Positions 28,599-37,197 of a DNA stretch of 64,000 nt are shown here, one piece after another. Made by a program: the position numbers and the translations under genes. Position 1 is the first letter of the stretch; each line of letters opens with the position of its first letter. A model generated the notes under the pieces. The model saw only the letters and a program-made list of their open reading frames with translations, searched no databases and was not told the DNA's origin. This DNA comes from Candidatus Beckwithbacteria bacterium (GTDB lineage Bacteria > Patescibacteriota > Microgenomatia > UBA1400 > UBA1449), in the NCBI GenBank assembly GCA_012797845.1, contig JAAZOH010000004.1, positions 1,658 through 65,657 of the forward strand, given 5' to 3'.

Positions 28599-30239
28599 TT
28601 ATTTAACTTTATAAATTTTTAAGCCTGGTTCTTCATAATCGATAATAAAATGTTCATCCAAAAATTGCTCGTTATTTTCAAACATACCCCGACTACTGCT
28701 ATCTAAAATGATCCAATCAATACTGTATTTTTTAATCAAATCTAAGGCCTGAGGTTCACCTTGATATATTTTCCTAACCTCTTCTAGTCTTGAATTATAA
28801 TCAATCCCCCAAGACCAAAGCCAACCCCGATAACCCATCATAATTTGTCGACCAGTTAAAACCGAAGCCCACTGTAAATGCCAATCACTGTTTAAGATAA
28901 TATCATTATGGCTAGATTTACGTCGAAGCATTTGCGCTAAATCGATTTCATGAGAAGTCAACATCGGTTGTTCATTAAATTGAAGTAGTCTAAATAGATC
29001 AAGAGTACCAGCTAAAATTAAAAAGATACATAATATAGTTGCAAGTAATTTGCCTGCTATTTTTTTCTGCCAGACAAAAGATAGCGCTTGGACTGCTAAA
29101 AAACACCAAAAAAGATACACCCAAATAAATAGTTTGGCATTATCCCAATCATAAGGCTGAAATAGCCAGATATTAGCCAATCCAAAAATCAGTAAAAAAG
29201 CCAGGTAAATGTTTCTTAGCTTAGTTTTTTTCCAAATTTGCCAAAAACCAATGGCAACCACTGGTAAAAAAACTCCCCAATTTTTAAACCAAAACAAAAA
29301 CCAAGCCCACAAAGTCCCATTATTATGAGCTAGCCAACCCAGTTGCAATCTCATAAAAGTGCCCAAGTCACGATCAAACCCCCAAAGAAAAAATGGTAAA
29401 GCAGTTAGAAATGCTCCTGCGCCAAAAAGTAACCACTTATACCAATACCGATAAGACATCAATAGTAGCCAAAAACATAGAAAGAAAAGAACAATAACTG
29501 TATGAACATGAACATAGGTGAGTAGTCCAGTGACTAAACCGGCCAAGAAAAGAGTCAGGTTTTTGACTTTAAAATCTTTAAGATACAGCCAGATAACAAA
29601 ACAGAAAACCCAAATGCCCAAACCCATGCCAGCTAACATGGCTCGCTGTGGAATTAAAAAACCTAAAAACACGTTATACATCCAATACCCTAAATCAGGA
29701 ATATGCGTGTTGGCGTAGCGGATATTTTCCGACAAACTAGGGTCTTTTAAAAATTCTATAAACCCTAAACTTCCGCCAGTGAAAAACACACAAATTGCTA
29801 AAAAAATTTGAGCTTCATGTTTAACAAGCATTTTACCTAAGGTATATAAACCTAGTAAAAGTGAGAAAGAAAAAGCTATGGATGGTAAGACCATAGCTTG
29901 AGGTAGGGTAAAACCAACCTTTAAAAGATTAGCAGAAAGGAGATTGGTAAAAAGAGGATAAGCTAATTTTTGGCCATAAAACAAAGGATTATTAGCAAGA
30001 ACTGCTCCCAATGGTCTGGAATACAGATTCATAACCTGGCTAATATGCATAGCCCAATCAGCCCAAACAATCCACCAACCGGTGGTTAAATTACCATCGC
30101 TATCAACGTAAAGCATCTTGGGCCAAAAGGTAAGAAAAAAGACTCCCCAAGTTGCTAATAGAATCAGCAGCCAGCGATTTTTTTTAAAATCAAATTTAAA
30201 ATCTATATATGATTGGTGAGGAAATGATTTTTTCAACGC
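28599..30239 (-). CDS. Large polytopic membrane protein, GT-C-fold glycosyltransferase-like.
   Basis: More than 10 TM helices in the N-terminal two thirds and a soluble C-terminal domain. The architecture resembles PMT/ArnT/oligosaccharyltransferase-like GT-C enzymes. Start set at the internal Met (MALKKSF), 3 nt after the GT39 stop. Confidence 0.45.
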   Translation of the reverse strand, partial: ALKKSFPHQSYIDFKFDFKKNRWLLILLATWGVFFLTFWPKMLYVDSDGNLTTGWWIVWADWAMHISQVMNLYSRPLGAVLANNPLFYGQKLAYPLFTNLLSANLLKVGFTLPQAMVLPSIAFSFSLLLGLYTLGKMLVKHEAQIFLAICVFFTGGSLGFIEFLKDPSLSENIRYANTHIPDLGYWMYNVFLGFLIPQRAMLAGMGLGIWVFCFVIWLYLKDFKVKNLTLFLAGLVTGLLTYVHVHTVIVLFFLCFWLLLMSYRYWYKWLLFGAGAFLTALPFFLWGFDRDLGTFMRLQLGWLAHNNGTLWAWFLFWFKNWGVFLPVVAIGFWQIWKKTKLRNIYLAFLLIFGLANIWLFQPYDWDNAKLFIWVYLFWCFLAVQALSFVWQKKIAGKLLATILCIFLILAGTLDLFRLLQFNEQPMLTSHEIDLAQMLRRKSSHNDIILNSDWHLQWASVLTGRQIMMGYRGWLWSWGIDYNSRLEEVRKIYQGEPQALDLIKKYSIDWIILDSSSRGMFENNEQFLDEHFIIDYEEPGLKIYKVK

Positions 30240-31498
30240 CATGTAGTTAGCCAGCGATGCTGTTCGACATTTGGTTTTGATAAAGGAATCCCAGTCCAAA
30301 AAGGATAGAAATACCAAAAAGTTATAAAAACTGAAATCAAGAAAAAATAAACAAACGCCTTGAGGACAGCATTATGATACCAAATAAACCACAGGGTAAA
30401 AGCCAAGATAATGCACATAATGGGTACGGCTGGTAAGTAATGATACAAAAACATAATTCGGGGTGAATCAATCCATTGTAGCCAAGCCGTAGGATATGCT
30501 AGAAGCAAAAACCATAAATTTTTGTGCCTAGTAATTATGGCTAAAAAGAAAGTAAAAAAGACAGCTACAAAACCACACCAGAAAATCAAAGGATGTCCAA
30601 AGGCATAAATATTAGCAATTGTATCTTGCTGATAATTTACCCAAAACCAAACCGGTTTAAGATCCAATGGCCAGGAAATAGCTGGCGACTGTGAAGGGTG
30701 AGTAGCAACCAAATGAGAATGATACCAATACATTTGCTGATGCAGTTCAATAATTTTGTCAAAACCATAGTGCCAAAACACAAAACTAAAACTAAACGCA
30801 TAAACTACAAAACCAGCTGCAATATATAAAATCATGTGTTTGTAAAGTTTTAGAATATTTATAAGTATTGCCTTTGGATCACGAGACCACTTAGTGTGTA
30901 ATATAAAAAAAACAAAGACATATGCTAATACAAATACCCCAGTCCATTTACAGGCTGAAGCGGCTCCCCAAAAGAGCGCTGAAACAAAAAACTTTTTTTT
31001 AAGCAAAAAATAAATACTGGTAGTAATAAAAAGTGTTAACAATGAATCAACGAGGGCAATGCGGGATAGGGTTAGAACCAAACCATCGCAAGCTACTAAA
31101 AAAGCCGCTACTAAGGGAATAAATTTATTTTTAGGAAAAAGCAACTCGCTCAATTTAAAAACAACAAAACTAAGAAGTACGCCAGCTATCATAGGTGCTA
31201 ATCTTCGGGAAAAAGAACTTTGACCTAAAAGTCTAATTGGTAAAGACACAATAATTCGGCCTAGGGGAGGGTGGTCCCAGTTGTAAGCAAAACCTTCTGG
31301 TGCTGGATAATCCCAAACCCAAGCTTTATTATTTCCAGCTGCATACTGTTCGGCGGTAAAGCCGGCATACACTTCATCAAAAACGTACTCATTTGGATAA
31401 TACAGTTGCCAGGATTTAGTAATTACGGCAAAAAGCAAGATTACCAGTAAAAGTAAAGTATAGTAGTTCTTGTTAAAAAATTTACGTAAACGAAACAT
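30233..31498 (-). CDS. GT39-family (protein O-mannosyltransferase / PMT-like) membrane glycosyltransferase.
   Basis: First extracytoplasmic loop carries the VFDEVY Asp-Glu motif diagnostic of the PMT/GT39 and ArnT GT-C clade. Multi-TM, 421 aa. Confidence 0.6.
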   Translation of the reverse strand: MFRLRKFFNKNYYTLLLLVILLFAVITKSWQLYYPNEYVFDEVYAGFTAEQYAAGNNKAWVWDYPAPEGFAYNWDHPPLGRIIVSLPIRLLGQSSFSRRLAPMIAGVLLSFVVFKLSELLFPKNKFIPLVAAFLVACDGLVLTLSRIALVDSLLTLFITTSIYFLLKKKFFVSALFWGAASACKWTGVFVLAYVFVFFILHTKWSRDPKAILINILKLYKHMILYIAAGFVVYAFSFSFVFWHYGFDKIIELHQQMYWYHSHLVATHPSQSPAISWPLDLKPVWFWVNYQQDTIANIYAFGHPLIFWCGFVAVFFTFFLAIITRHKNLWFLLLAYPTAWLQWIDSPRIMFLYHYLPAVPIMCIILAFTLWFIWYHNAVLKAFVYFFLISVFITFWYFYPFWTGIPLSKPNVEQHRWLTTWR

Positions 31499-31501
31499 AA
31501 C

Positions 31502-32362
31502 TTAAAGTAGTAAAAGTAGTAAGCCAATAGTAACACCAATCACTCCAGTCAATTTTTTGCGATTTAAATCGTCTTTGTAAAAATAGGCAGCACATAACGT
31601 TACCAGAGAAATTGAAGCTGCATTCATAGCATTAATGTATCCAGGGTTGGGTGCAAATTTATACCCTATTTGCATAAATAAATTAAACAACATAGCGCTA
31701 ACCCCAATTAAGATCAATATTTTCAGTTGGGAGCTGTTATACAAAAATTGTTTTTTTCTTATTTTCATTTCTATGATAGTAAATAACGAGACAAATAGAA
31801 AAATATAAAAAAGAAAAACTAATATTTCTATTCCCTGTCCAATAAAATATTTTGAAGCTAAAGCTAAGCCACCCCAAGCAAAAAAAGCACCGAAAGCATA
31901 TAGAACCCAAGTTTTTGAAGCTCTGACTTCTTTTTGTTTATTTTTATCAACCATAATCACGGCACTAAAAATAATAATGAGTAAAATCGCCATTATTTCT
32001 TTAGCTGACAAAGCTGAATCGAAAATTAAAACTGCAGTCAAGGTGGTAAAAATGACGTAACTTTTGGACAGAATTAAGCTATAGCCAGGATTTGGAGCCA
32101 AACGAATACTATTTAATGAAAACACATTTCCTAAGTAACTTAGAAAAAAACCAGCTAATGCAAAAACACCGATCCAATGCCAAGGAATAAATAACGAATT
32201 GGATTGAAATACATTCATCACTAGAAAAATGAAAGTTGGGATAGCAAACATAGCAAAATTATTAAAAACTGTTTCAGTTTTCAGTTGTTGACTTTTGCGC
32301 ACCAGAAGATATAAAGCAACAGAAGATATGAGCATAATAAAACCTGCCAAGATCCAGTTCAT
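31502..32362 (-). CDS. Polytopic membrane protein (possibly DMT/EamA-like).
   Basis: 286 aa with about 9-10 hydrophobic helices, between the GT39 gene and the Cys-rich surface protein gene. Confidence 0.4.
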   Translation of the reverse strand: MNWILAGFIMLISSVALYLLVRKSQQLKTETVFNNFAMFAIPTFIFLVMNVFQSNSLFIPWHWIGVFALAGFFLSYLGNVFSLNSIRLAPNPGYSLILSKSYVIFTTLTAVLIFDSALSAKEIMAILLIIIFSAVIMVDKNKQKEVRASKTWVLYAFGAFFAWGGLALASKYFIGQGIEILVFLFYIFLFVSLFTIIEMKIRKKQFLYNSSQLKILILIGVSAMLFNLFMQIGYKFAPNPGYINAMNAASISLVTLCAAYFYKDDLNRKKLTGVIGVTIGLLLLLL

Positions 32363-32405
32363 ATATAGAATTATAGTCTACAGAAAAGTTTGTGTTAATT
32401 AGAGT

Positions 32406-33647
32406 TTAGAGGAGAAGTCCGATTGCTACCAAGACCACCCCACCAAGTGTAAATAGGAAAGTGGGTGGTAAACCTCCAGCTTTGGGAAGCTCAGGGGCTT
32501 TAGGAGGTTGAGGTGTATCTGTTGGAGTAGCTGTAGGAGTTGGAGTAGAGCAAGTACAGTCAGACTCTTCGTTACATGATGGATTGACGCAACGTTTGGT
32601 ACCATTGATTTCTTCGCAAGTCATACTGCCACTGCATTCATCATCGTTATTACACTCACCCCAACAGTCAGGACAGCTACAATCAGTTTGCAGAGGGCAG
32701 TCATTATTGACACATCGATTAACCCCATTGATGCTTTTACATGTCAAACTATCTGGGCAATCTTCACTTGAATCACATTCTTCATAACATCCTGGACAGC
32801 TACAGCTTTCACTAGTTGGACATGATGAATTAATACATCTCATAACCCCATCAACACTTTGACAAGATAAACTATCAGGACATTCATCCTTATTATTACA
32901 CTCTTGATAACAAGTTGGGCAACTACAATCAGTTTGTAAGGGACAACTAGCATTAACACACATTTTTTGGACAATATTGTTGTAAGTTACATCTTTACAA
33001 ATTAGTCCACTAGTACAGTCCGCATCAGTCGAACAATTACCAGAATAACATGAATTTTGGCCAACACTAAAATTAATCTCGCACACATTAGCACTAGGTG
33101 TGCTTTCATCTTCACCTTCAAGTTGAAAGACTTCTGGGGTAGTAGCTTGTTGGCTAACAGTACTACTGGGAGTTTGAGTGTCGGAAACGATGTCTTGCTG
33201 ATTTGTTTTTAAATAAACCAACATTAAACCAGCAGTTACAATCAAGCCTGTAAAAAGTAGAATTGGTACAATTAAAAATACAGTTTTCAAAACCGAATGT
33301 TTAGGCTTTGTTGAGTTTTCAGGTTCCTGTTTTGGTTGTTCCAGTTTCTTTTTTTCAGGAGGTTCAGACTTAGAATCTGCTTTATTTTCATCAATAGTAT
33401 TTTCTAAAGGAGTTGGAGGAAGAGTGCTGCTTATTGTGTTTTGTTCTGTTGCTAAAGAAGTTGGTTGAATAAGTGCTTCATCTATGTCTATTTTTTCCGG
33501 ATTTACTTTTTCCTCCATGGAAGTAGGTTTAACTGTGTTATCAATAGTATCTATATGAACTGGATTACTATGCTTATGAGGTTTATTGAAATTGGGTGTT
33601 TTAACTAAGTGAGGTTTAGAAGTTGATGTATGATTATCAAAATCCAT
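32406..33647 (-). CDS. Cysteine-rich tandem-repeat surface protein with an N-terminal TM anchor and a C-terminal hydrophobic tail.
   Basis: Three and a half copies of a 41 aa unit (C-x-N-x-SCP-x4-CSCP-x-C-x2-EC-x4-(D/E)CPDSL-x-C-x-S-x-(D/N)G-x2-RC). A TPTPTATPTDTPQPP linker precedes ELPKAGG and a hydrophobic C-terminus. The DNA shows the matching 123 bp periodicity across 32560-33000. Confidence 0.6.
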   Translation of the reverse strand: MDFDNHTSTSKPHLVKTPNFNKPHKHSNPVHIDTIDNTVKPTSMEEKVNPEKIDIDEALIQPTSLATEQNTISSTLPPTPLENTIDENKADSKSEPPEKKKLEQPKQEPENSTKPKHSVLKTVFLIVPILLFTGLIVTAGLMLVYLKTNQQDIVSDTQTPSSTVSQQATTPEVFQLEGEDESTPSANVCEINFSVGQNSCYSGNCSTDADCTSGLICKDVTYNNIVQKMCVNASCPLQTDCSCPTCYQECNNKDECPDSLSCQSVDGVMRCINSSCPTSESCSCPGCYEECDSSEDCPDSLTCKSINGVNRCVNNDCPLQTDCSCPDCWGECNNDDECSGSMTCEEINGTKRCVNPSCNEESDCTCSTPTPTATPTDTPQPPKAPELPKAGGLPPTFLFTLGGVVLVAIGLLL

Positions 33648-33651
33648 AAAA

Positions 33652-35055
33652 TTAAGCCTTGTTTATAACCTTAGCATAGAATCCGGTGGTAAGTAAAACA
33701 AAACCAAGCAACAAAATCCCATAGGTTGGTAGTGAAAAACCAGAAGTGGGAGTTCCACTTTCAGTAGAGGGCATGCTACTGCGAGTAACTGAAGTAGCTG
33801 AAGGGGTAGCTTCAAAGGCTGGTAAATCATCGCCACCTACTCCAGCAGTAGCGATAACAAAGCTGCGGTTTAATGTCTGATTGTCACCATTACTATCAGT
33901 ATAATCAATGGTAAGTGTATGAGATCCCTCAGCTAGATTGGAGTTTGGACTATAGCTCCAGGTTCCTTCGCTATCTACTACTGCAGTAGCAGTTGTGGTA
34001 CCACTATCAATTTGAATTGTTAAAACTTTATTAGCAGGGCCTTCTCCAAAAAAATCAGGTTGAGTTGTGTTTAGTTCTTCGCCGTCATCAGCTGGATTAG
34101 TAATGCTTACAGGAATACTTTCAAGTGGATTTTGTTCTAATTCTTGGGCATAGGTTTCTGGCATTTCTCCGCTATCAGTAGCTTCTTCATCTGGCTCTAT
34201 TGGTAAAGCTTCTGGTTCTGTAGTTTCTTCATCTGTTGCAAGAATTTCATCAGTTGGAAAATCCTGAACTTCTTCATCAATAGTTGAAGGCATTGGCTCA
34301 GGTTCTGCTTGAGCTAAAGCTGTAAAGTCATAGGTTTGACCAAGAGTTATAGCTGGTACAGGAGAATCATTGGCAGTATTGGTAGTTACATTACTAGTTT
34401 TACCGTCACCTTGAACCATAATATCAATAATTGTTGTTTCCGGGTCATATTGAGCATACTCTGTGAGTTTAGTGGTGCGAGCATTTGCAAGACTAATGAG
34501 CCAACTACCATCCTTTTTAACTTGAGTTGAAAGAGGAGTTACGCCTGGAATAGTAACATACACAATAGAACCACTGGCAGGAGCACCACTTTCTAAACTA
34601 ACTGTTCCGTTGATCAAATCAGTTGGAGGTTGTGAACCTAGGGTGGGAGCGGTTTTTACAGAATATGCTTCACCATTATCATTAAAAGAGATTAGTTTTT
34701 CTCCTGATTTAATCTCAAAATTATACGTAGTGGCAGGTTGCAAACCGGTAATTGTAGCGTGATGAACTTTATAATCCTGAGCTTGGCCTGTTAGCTGATC
34801 ATTATCATCAAGTTGTACTTGGTCAAGTTTGCCTTTGCTGCCATAGGCAATTGATCCTTTAGTAGCAGCATCGGTCAGCCATGAGACGGTAAAGCGGTCA
34901 TGAGAAACATTGGTAATTTTGACTTTTTTAGGGGTAATAGTTGGATCTTTCTGAAATGTCAGAAGGCCTTTTTGATAAACAAAATAGCCACCAAAGAGTA
35001 AAGCAATCAAAACAACAGTAACTCCAAGATAAGTAAATAATTGCTTTGTATTCAT
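33652..35055 (-). CDS. Surface protein with a fibronectin-III-like domain, a bacterial Ig-like domain, and a C-terminal sorting-signal-like tail.
   Basis: Signal/TM anchor at the N-terminus. KVKITNVSHDRFTVSWLTD...TYNFEIKSG is FN3-like (purple acid phosphatase N-terminal type). An acidic linker is followed by a Big-like unit (EGSHTLTIDYTDSNGDN). The protein ends SLPTYG + a hydrophobic helix + KVINKA. Confidence 0.6.
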   Translation of the reverse strand: MNTKQLFTYLGVTVVLIALLFGGYFVYQKGLLTFQKDPTITPKKVKITNVSHDRFTVSWLTDAATKGSIAYGSKGKLDQVQLDDNDQLTGQAQDYKVHHATITGLQPATTYNFEIKSGEKLISFNDNGEAYSVKTAPTLGSQPPTDLINGTVSLESGAPASGSIVYVTIPGVTPLSTQVKKDGSWLISLANARTTKLTEYAQYDPETTIIDIMVQGDGKTSNVTTNTANDSPVPAITLGQTYDFTALAQAEPEPMPSTIDEEVQDFPTDEILATDEETTEPEALPIEPDEEATDSGEMPETYAQELEQNPLESIPVSITNPADDGEELNTTQPDFFGEGPANKVLTIQIDSGTTTATAVVDSEGTWSYSPNSNLAEGSHTLTIDYTDSNGDNQTLNRSFVIATAGVGGDDLPAFEATPSATSVTRSSMPSTESGTPTSGFSLPTYGILLLGFVLLTTGFYAKVINKA

Positions 35056-35072
35056 AGAGCAGTTTAATATGT

Positions 35073-35420
35073 TTATTCTAATTCTCCGGAACCACTAGCT
35101 ATTAGCTCTTGTACCTGGGCAGGTAGAGAGACTCGATTATTAGCTGTATTAATACTAGCAGATTTGCTGATGCTAATGCTAGTATAAGGTTCGATTTTTG
35201 CTAGATCGATTCTAGGTACTACAAACCTACCTTGAACAAGATCAATAGCCTGTTGGTTAAATAAATTTTTGATAGGTTTAGCTGCTGCTTTAGCAGTTGT
35301 GGTTGCAAAATTGACATTTTTACTTTTACTCATATCAATAAAAAACCAGAGCAAACTAGTGATTAAAAGTAAAAAAGTAATAATAAACCAGTGGTTAATG
35401 CCTTGACGTTTATTTGCCAT
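35073..35420 (-). CDS. Small single-TM protein (possible PilP-like pilus assembly component).
   Basis: Start set at the MANKRQG Met. One TM helix then a roughly 80 aa soluble part. Positioned after pilN and pilO, as pilP is in type IV pilus operons. Confidence 0.35.
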   Translation of the reverse strand: MANKRQGINHWFIITFLLLITSLLWFFIDMSKSKNVNFATTTAKAAAKPIKNLFNQQAIDLVQGRFVVPRIDLAKIEPYTSISISKSASINTANNRVSLPAQVQELIASGSGELE

Positions 35421-35424
35421 ACAT

Positions 35425-36081
35425 TTATTCTTCCAGTTTGTTACCAAAATAAACAGTACATCTTAGATTTAAGCTCAGTTGAGATGACTGTTTACCTGTT
35501 TGTAAAACTGCAGTATCTATATGAGCAATACGAATATGCTGCTCCAAATCATTGATAAATTTTTTAATACCCTCATAAGAGCCCTGAGCATTGAGGTTGA
35601 TCGAAATAGCCTTCACCCCGTTTGGTAGCTGTTGTTTTTTACTCTCTGTTTTAGATGGGTCTTCATCTATTTCAGTTTGATCAAATAAGGGAAATTCTGA
35701 AAAAGAAAGCGAGGAAACGAGTAAATCATTCCTTTGGATAAAATAGCGAAGCTGTTGTTCAAAGAGTAAAAAATTATGATCATCCGGTAAAGCTTGATCT
35801 GCCAAAGAGATTGTCTGAGACATAGTTTCATAACTAGCGTTTAGGCTTTGAATAGTGTTAATTTTGGTCACTAATGATTTATTTAACGTATCAAATTCTT
35901 CTATTTTGTCTTGAAGTTGGGAAATAGTAATAATGGTAGGTTTGACTGCGAAAAGAAATAAAGCAATCACCAGGATTACTGATAAAACAAAATCCAGAGA
36001 AGCTTGGGCAAAAGGGTTATTGCGATACTTCTCGTACGTTTTGTTGTAATTACCGAACTGATCAAGATCAAGTGTTTTCAT
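35425..36081 (-). CDS. pilO: Type IV pilus assembly protein PilO-like.
   Basis: Short cytoplasmic N-terminus, a single TM, a coiled coil, then a C-terminal alpha/beta domain. The size and position after pilN fit PilO. Confidence 0.55.
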   Translation of the reverse strand: MKTLDLDQFGNYNKTYEKYRNNPFAQASLDFVLSVILVIALFLFAVKPTIITISQLQDKIEEFDTLNKSLVTKINTIQSLNASYETMSQTISLADQALPDDHNFLLFEQQLRYFIQRNDLLVSSLSFSEFPLFDQTEIDEDPSKTESKKQQLPNGVKAISINLNAQGSYEGIKKFINDLEQHIRIAHIDTAVLQTGKQSSQLSLNLRCTVYFGNKLEE

Positions 36082-36668
36082 AACTCGGTTTTAGCTAAAT
36101 CACAAGATAATTTTATAGAAAAACTGATTTCTGGATCAGACAATCCTCCTGAACTTAATTCATCAATAACTATTTCAGAAAACTGAGGCTGAATTTGTAA
36201 TGATGCCAACATATTTGAAAAAACAGTTTCATTTGGCACTGTTCCTTCAAAAGATAACTGTTGCTGATTTAAAGTAATAGTTTCTAAGACGGCTGTTTTT
36301 GGCAAATTATGTTCAAGTAGATTAATAGCTTCAGACAGTGACTGATCATCTTTTGTTAAAGTGTCAATGTTATCAAGGCGGTTTTGTAATTTTCTGATTT
36401 TGATTTCAGTATCACCGAGCTGCTGAATAATATCTGTGTTACTTTCAATATTTTCAGCTAATTGATCTACTTTGCGATCAAGACTAAAACGAACCAAAAG
36501 TGCGATGATAATAATGAGAAAAGTTCCAAATAAAATCAGCTTACCAATACGCAGAGCCCAATTAAAAGTTTGACCTACAGGACTTGCTTCAAAGGATTTA
36601 CTGGAAAGCAAATTGATAGCAATAGAAGACTGTTTTTTAGCCATTGTGGACAGGTTTACAATTAGCAA
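36078..36668 (-). CDS. pilN: Type IV pilus assembly protein PilN-like.
   Basis: Conserved N-terminal INLL motif (SIAINLLSSK), a single TM, and a coiled-coil periplasmic region. A 4 nt overlap with pilO suggests translational coupling. The start could instead be the internal Met at 36644. Confidence 0.55.
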   Translation of the reverse strand: MLIVNLSTMAKKQSSIAINLLSSKSFEASPVGQTFNWALRIGKLILFGTFLIIIIALLVRFSLDRKVDQLAENIESNTDIIQQLGDTEIKIRKLQNRLDNIDTLTKDDQSLSEAINLLEHNLPKTAVLETITLNQQQLSFEGTVPNETVFSNMLASLQIQPQFSEIVIDELSSGGLSDPEISFSIKLSCDLAKTEL

Positions 36669-36798
36669 TTATTTGTCTAAAGGAATTTGGCTATAGCCGA
36701 GATAAAAACACCAAATTTGCCCAGCAGACAAACCTACTTCCATTATAGGCAAGTACACACTCAAGTGTAAAGAAGGGAAAATTGTTTAAAAACTAAAA

Positions 36799-37077
36799 TT
36801 AAGCTTTTTTAGCAGTTTTTTTGTCGCTGTTTTTAGGAGTGGTAGCCTGATTAAGTTTAGCTAATTGGCTTTTAAGTCTGGCTACTTTATTTTTATGAAA
36901 CAGTTTCCGTTTGATAGCTTTATCTAGAGATGAAAAAGCTTCACTTAAATTTTCCTTGGTAGGAGTTTGATAAGCCTTTTTAAGCATAGTTTTAGCTTTG
37001 CTTTTAACCGGCTTATTAAAACTAGCGCGACGTTTACTTTGACGAAGAGCTTTTTTAGCTGATTTGATGATTGGCAT
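36799..37077 (-). CDS. rpsT: 30S ribosomal protein S20.
   Basis: MPIIKSAKKALRQSKRR... is a highly basic 92 aa protein with the canonical S20 N-terminus. Confidence 0.9.
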   Translation of the reverse strand: MPIIKSAKKALRQSKRRASFNKPVKSKAKTMLKKAYQTPTKENLSEAFSSLDKAIKRKLFHKNKVARLKSQLAKLNQATTPKNSDKKTAKKA

Positions 37078-37197
37078 ACGTTATATTTCAATTTTCAATT
37101 TCACAATTGAAAGAATTGATTATTCTATTCAAAATTACTGTCGGATTTTACCATTTTGTATCTTTGATTACAAGAGAGCAGCTGTTATCATATCTTC

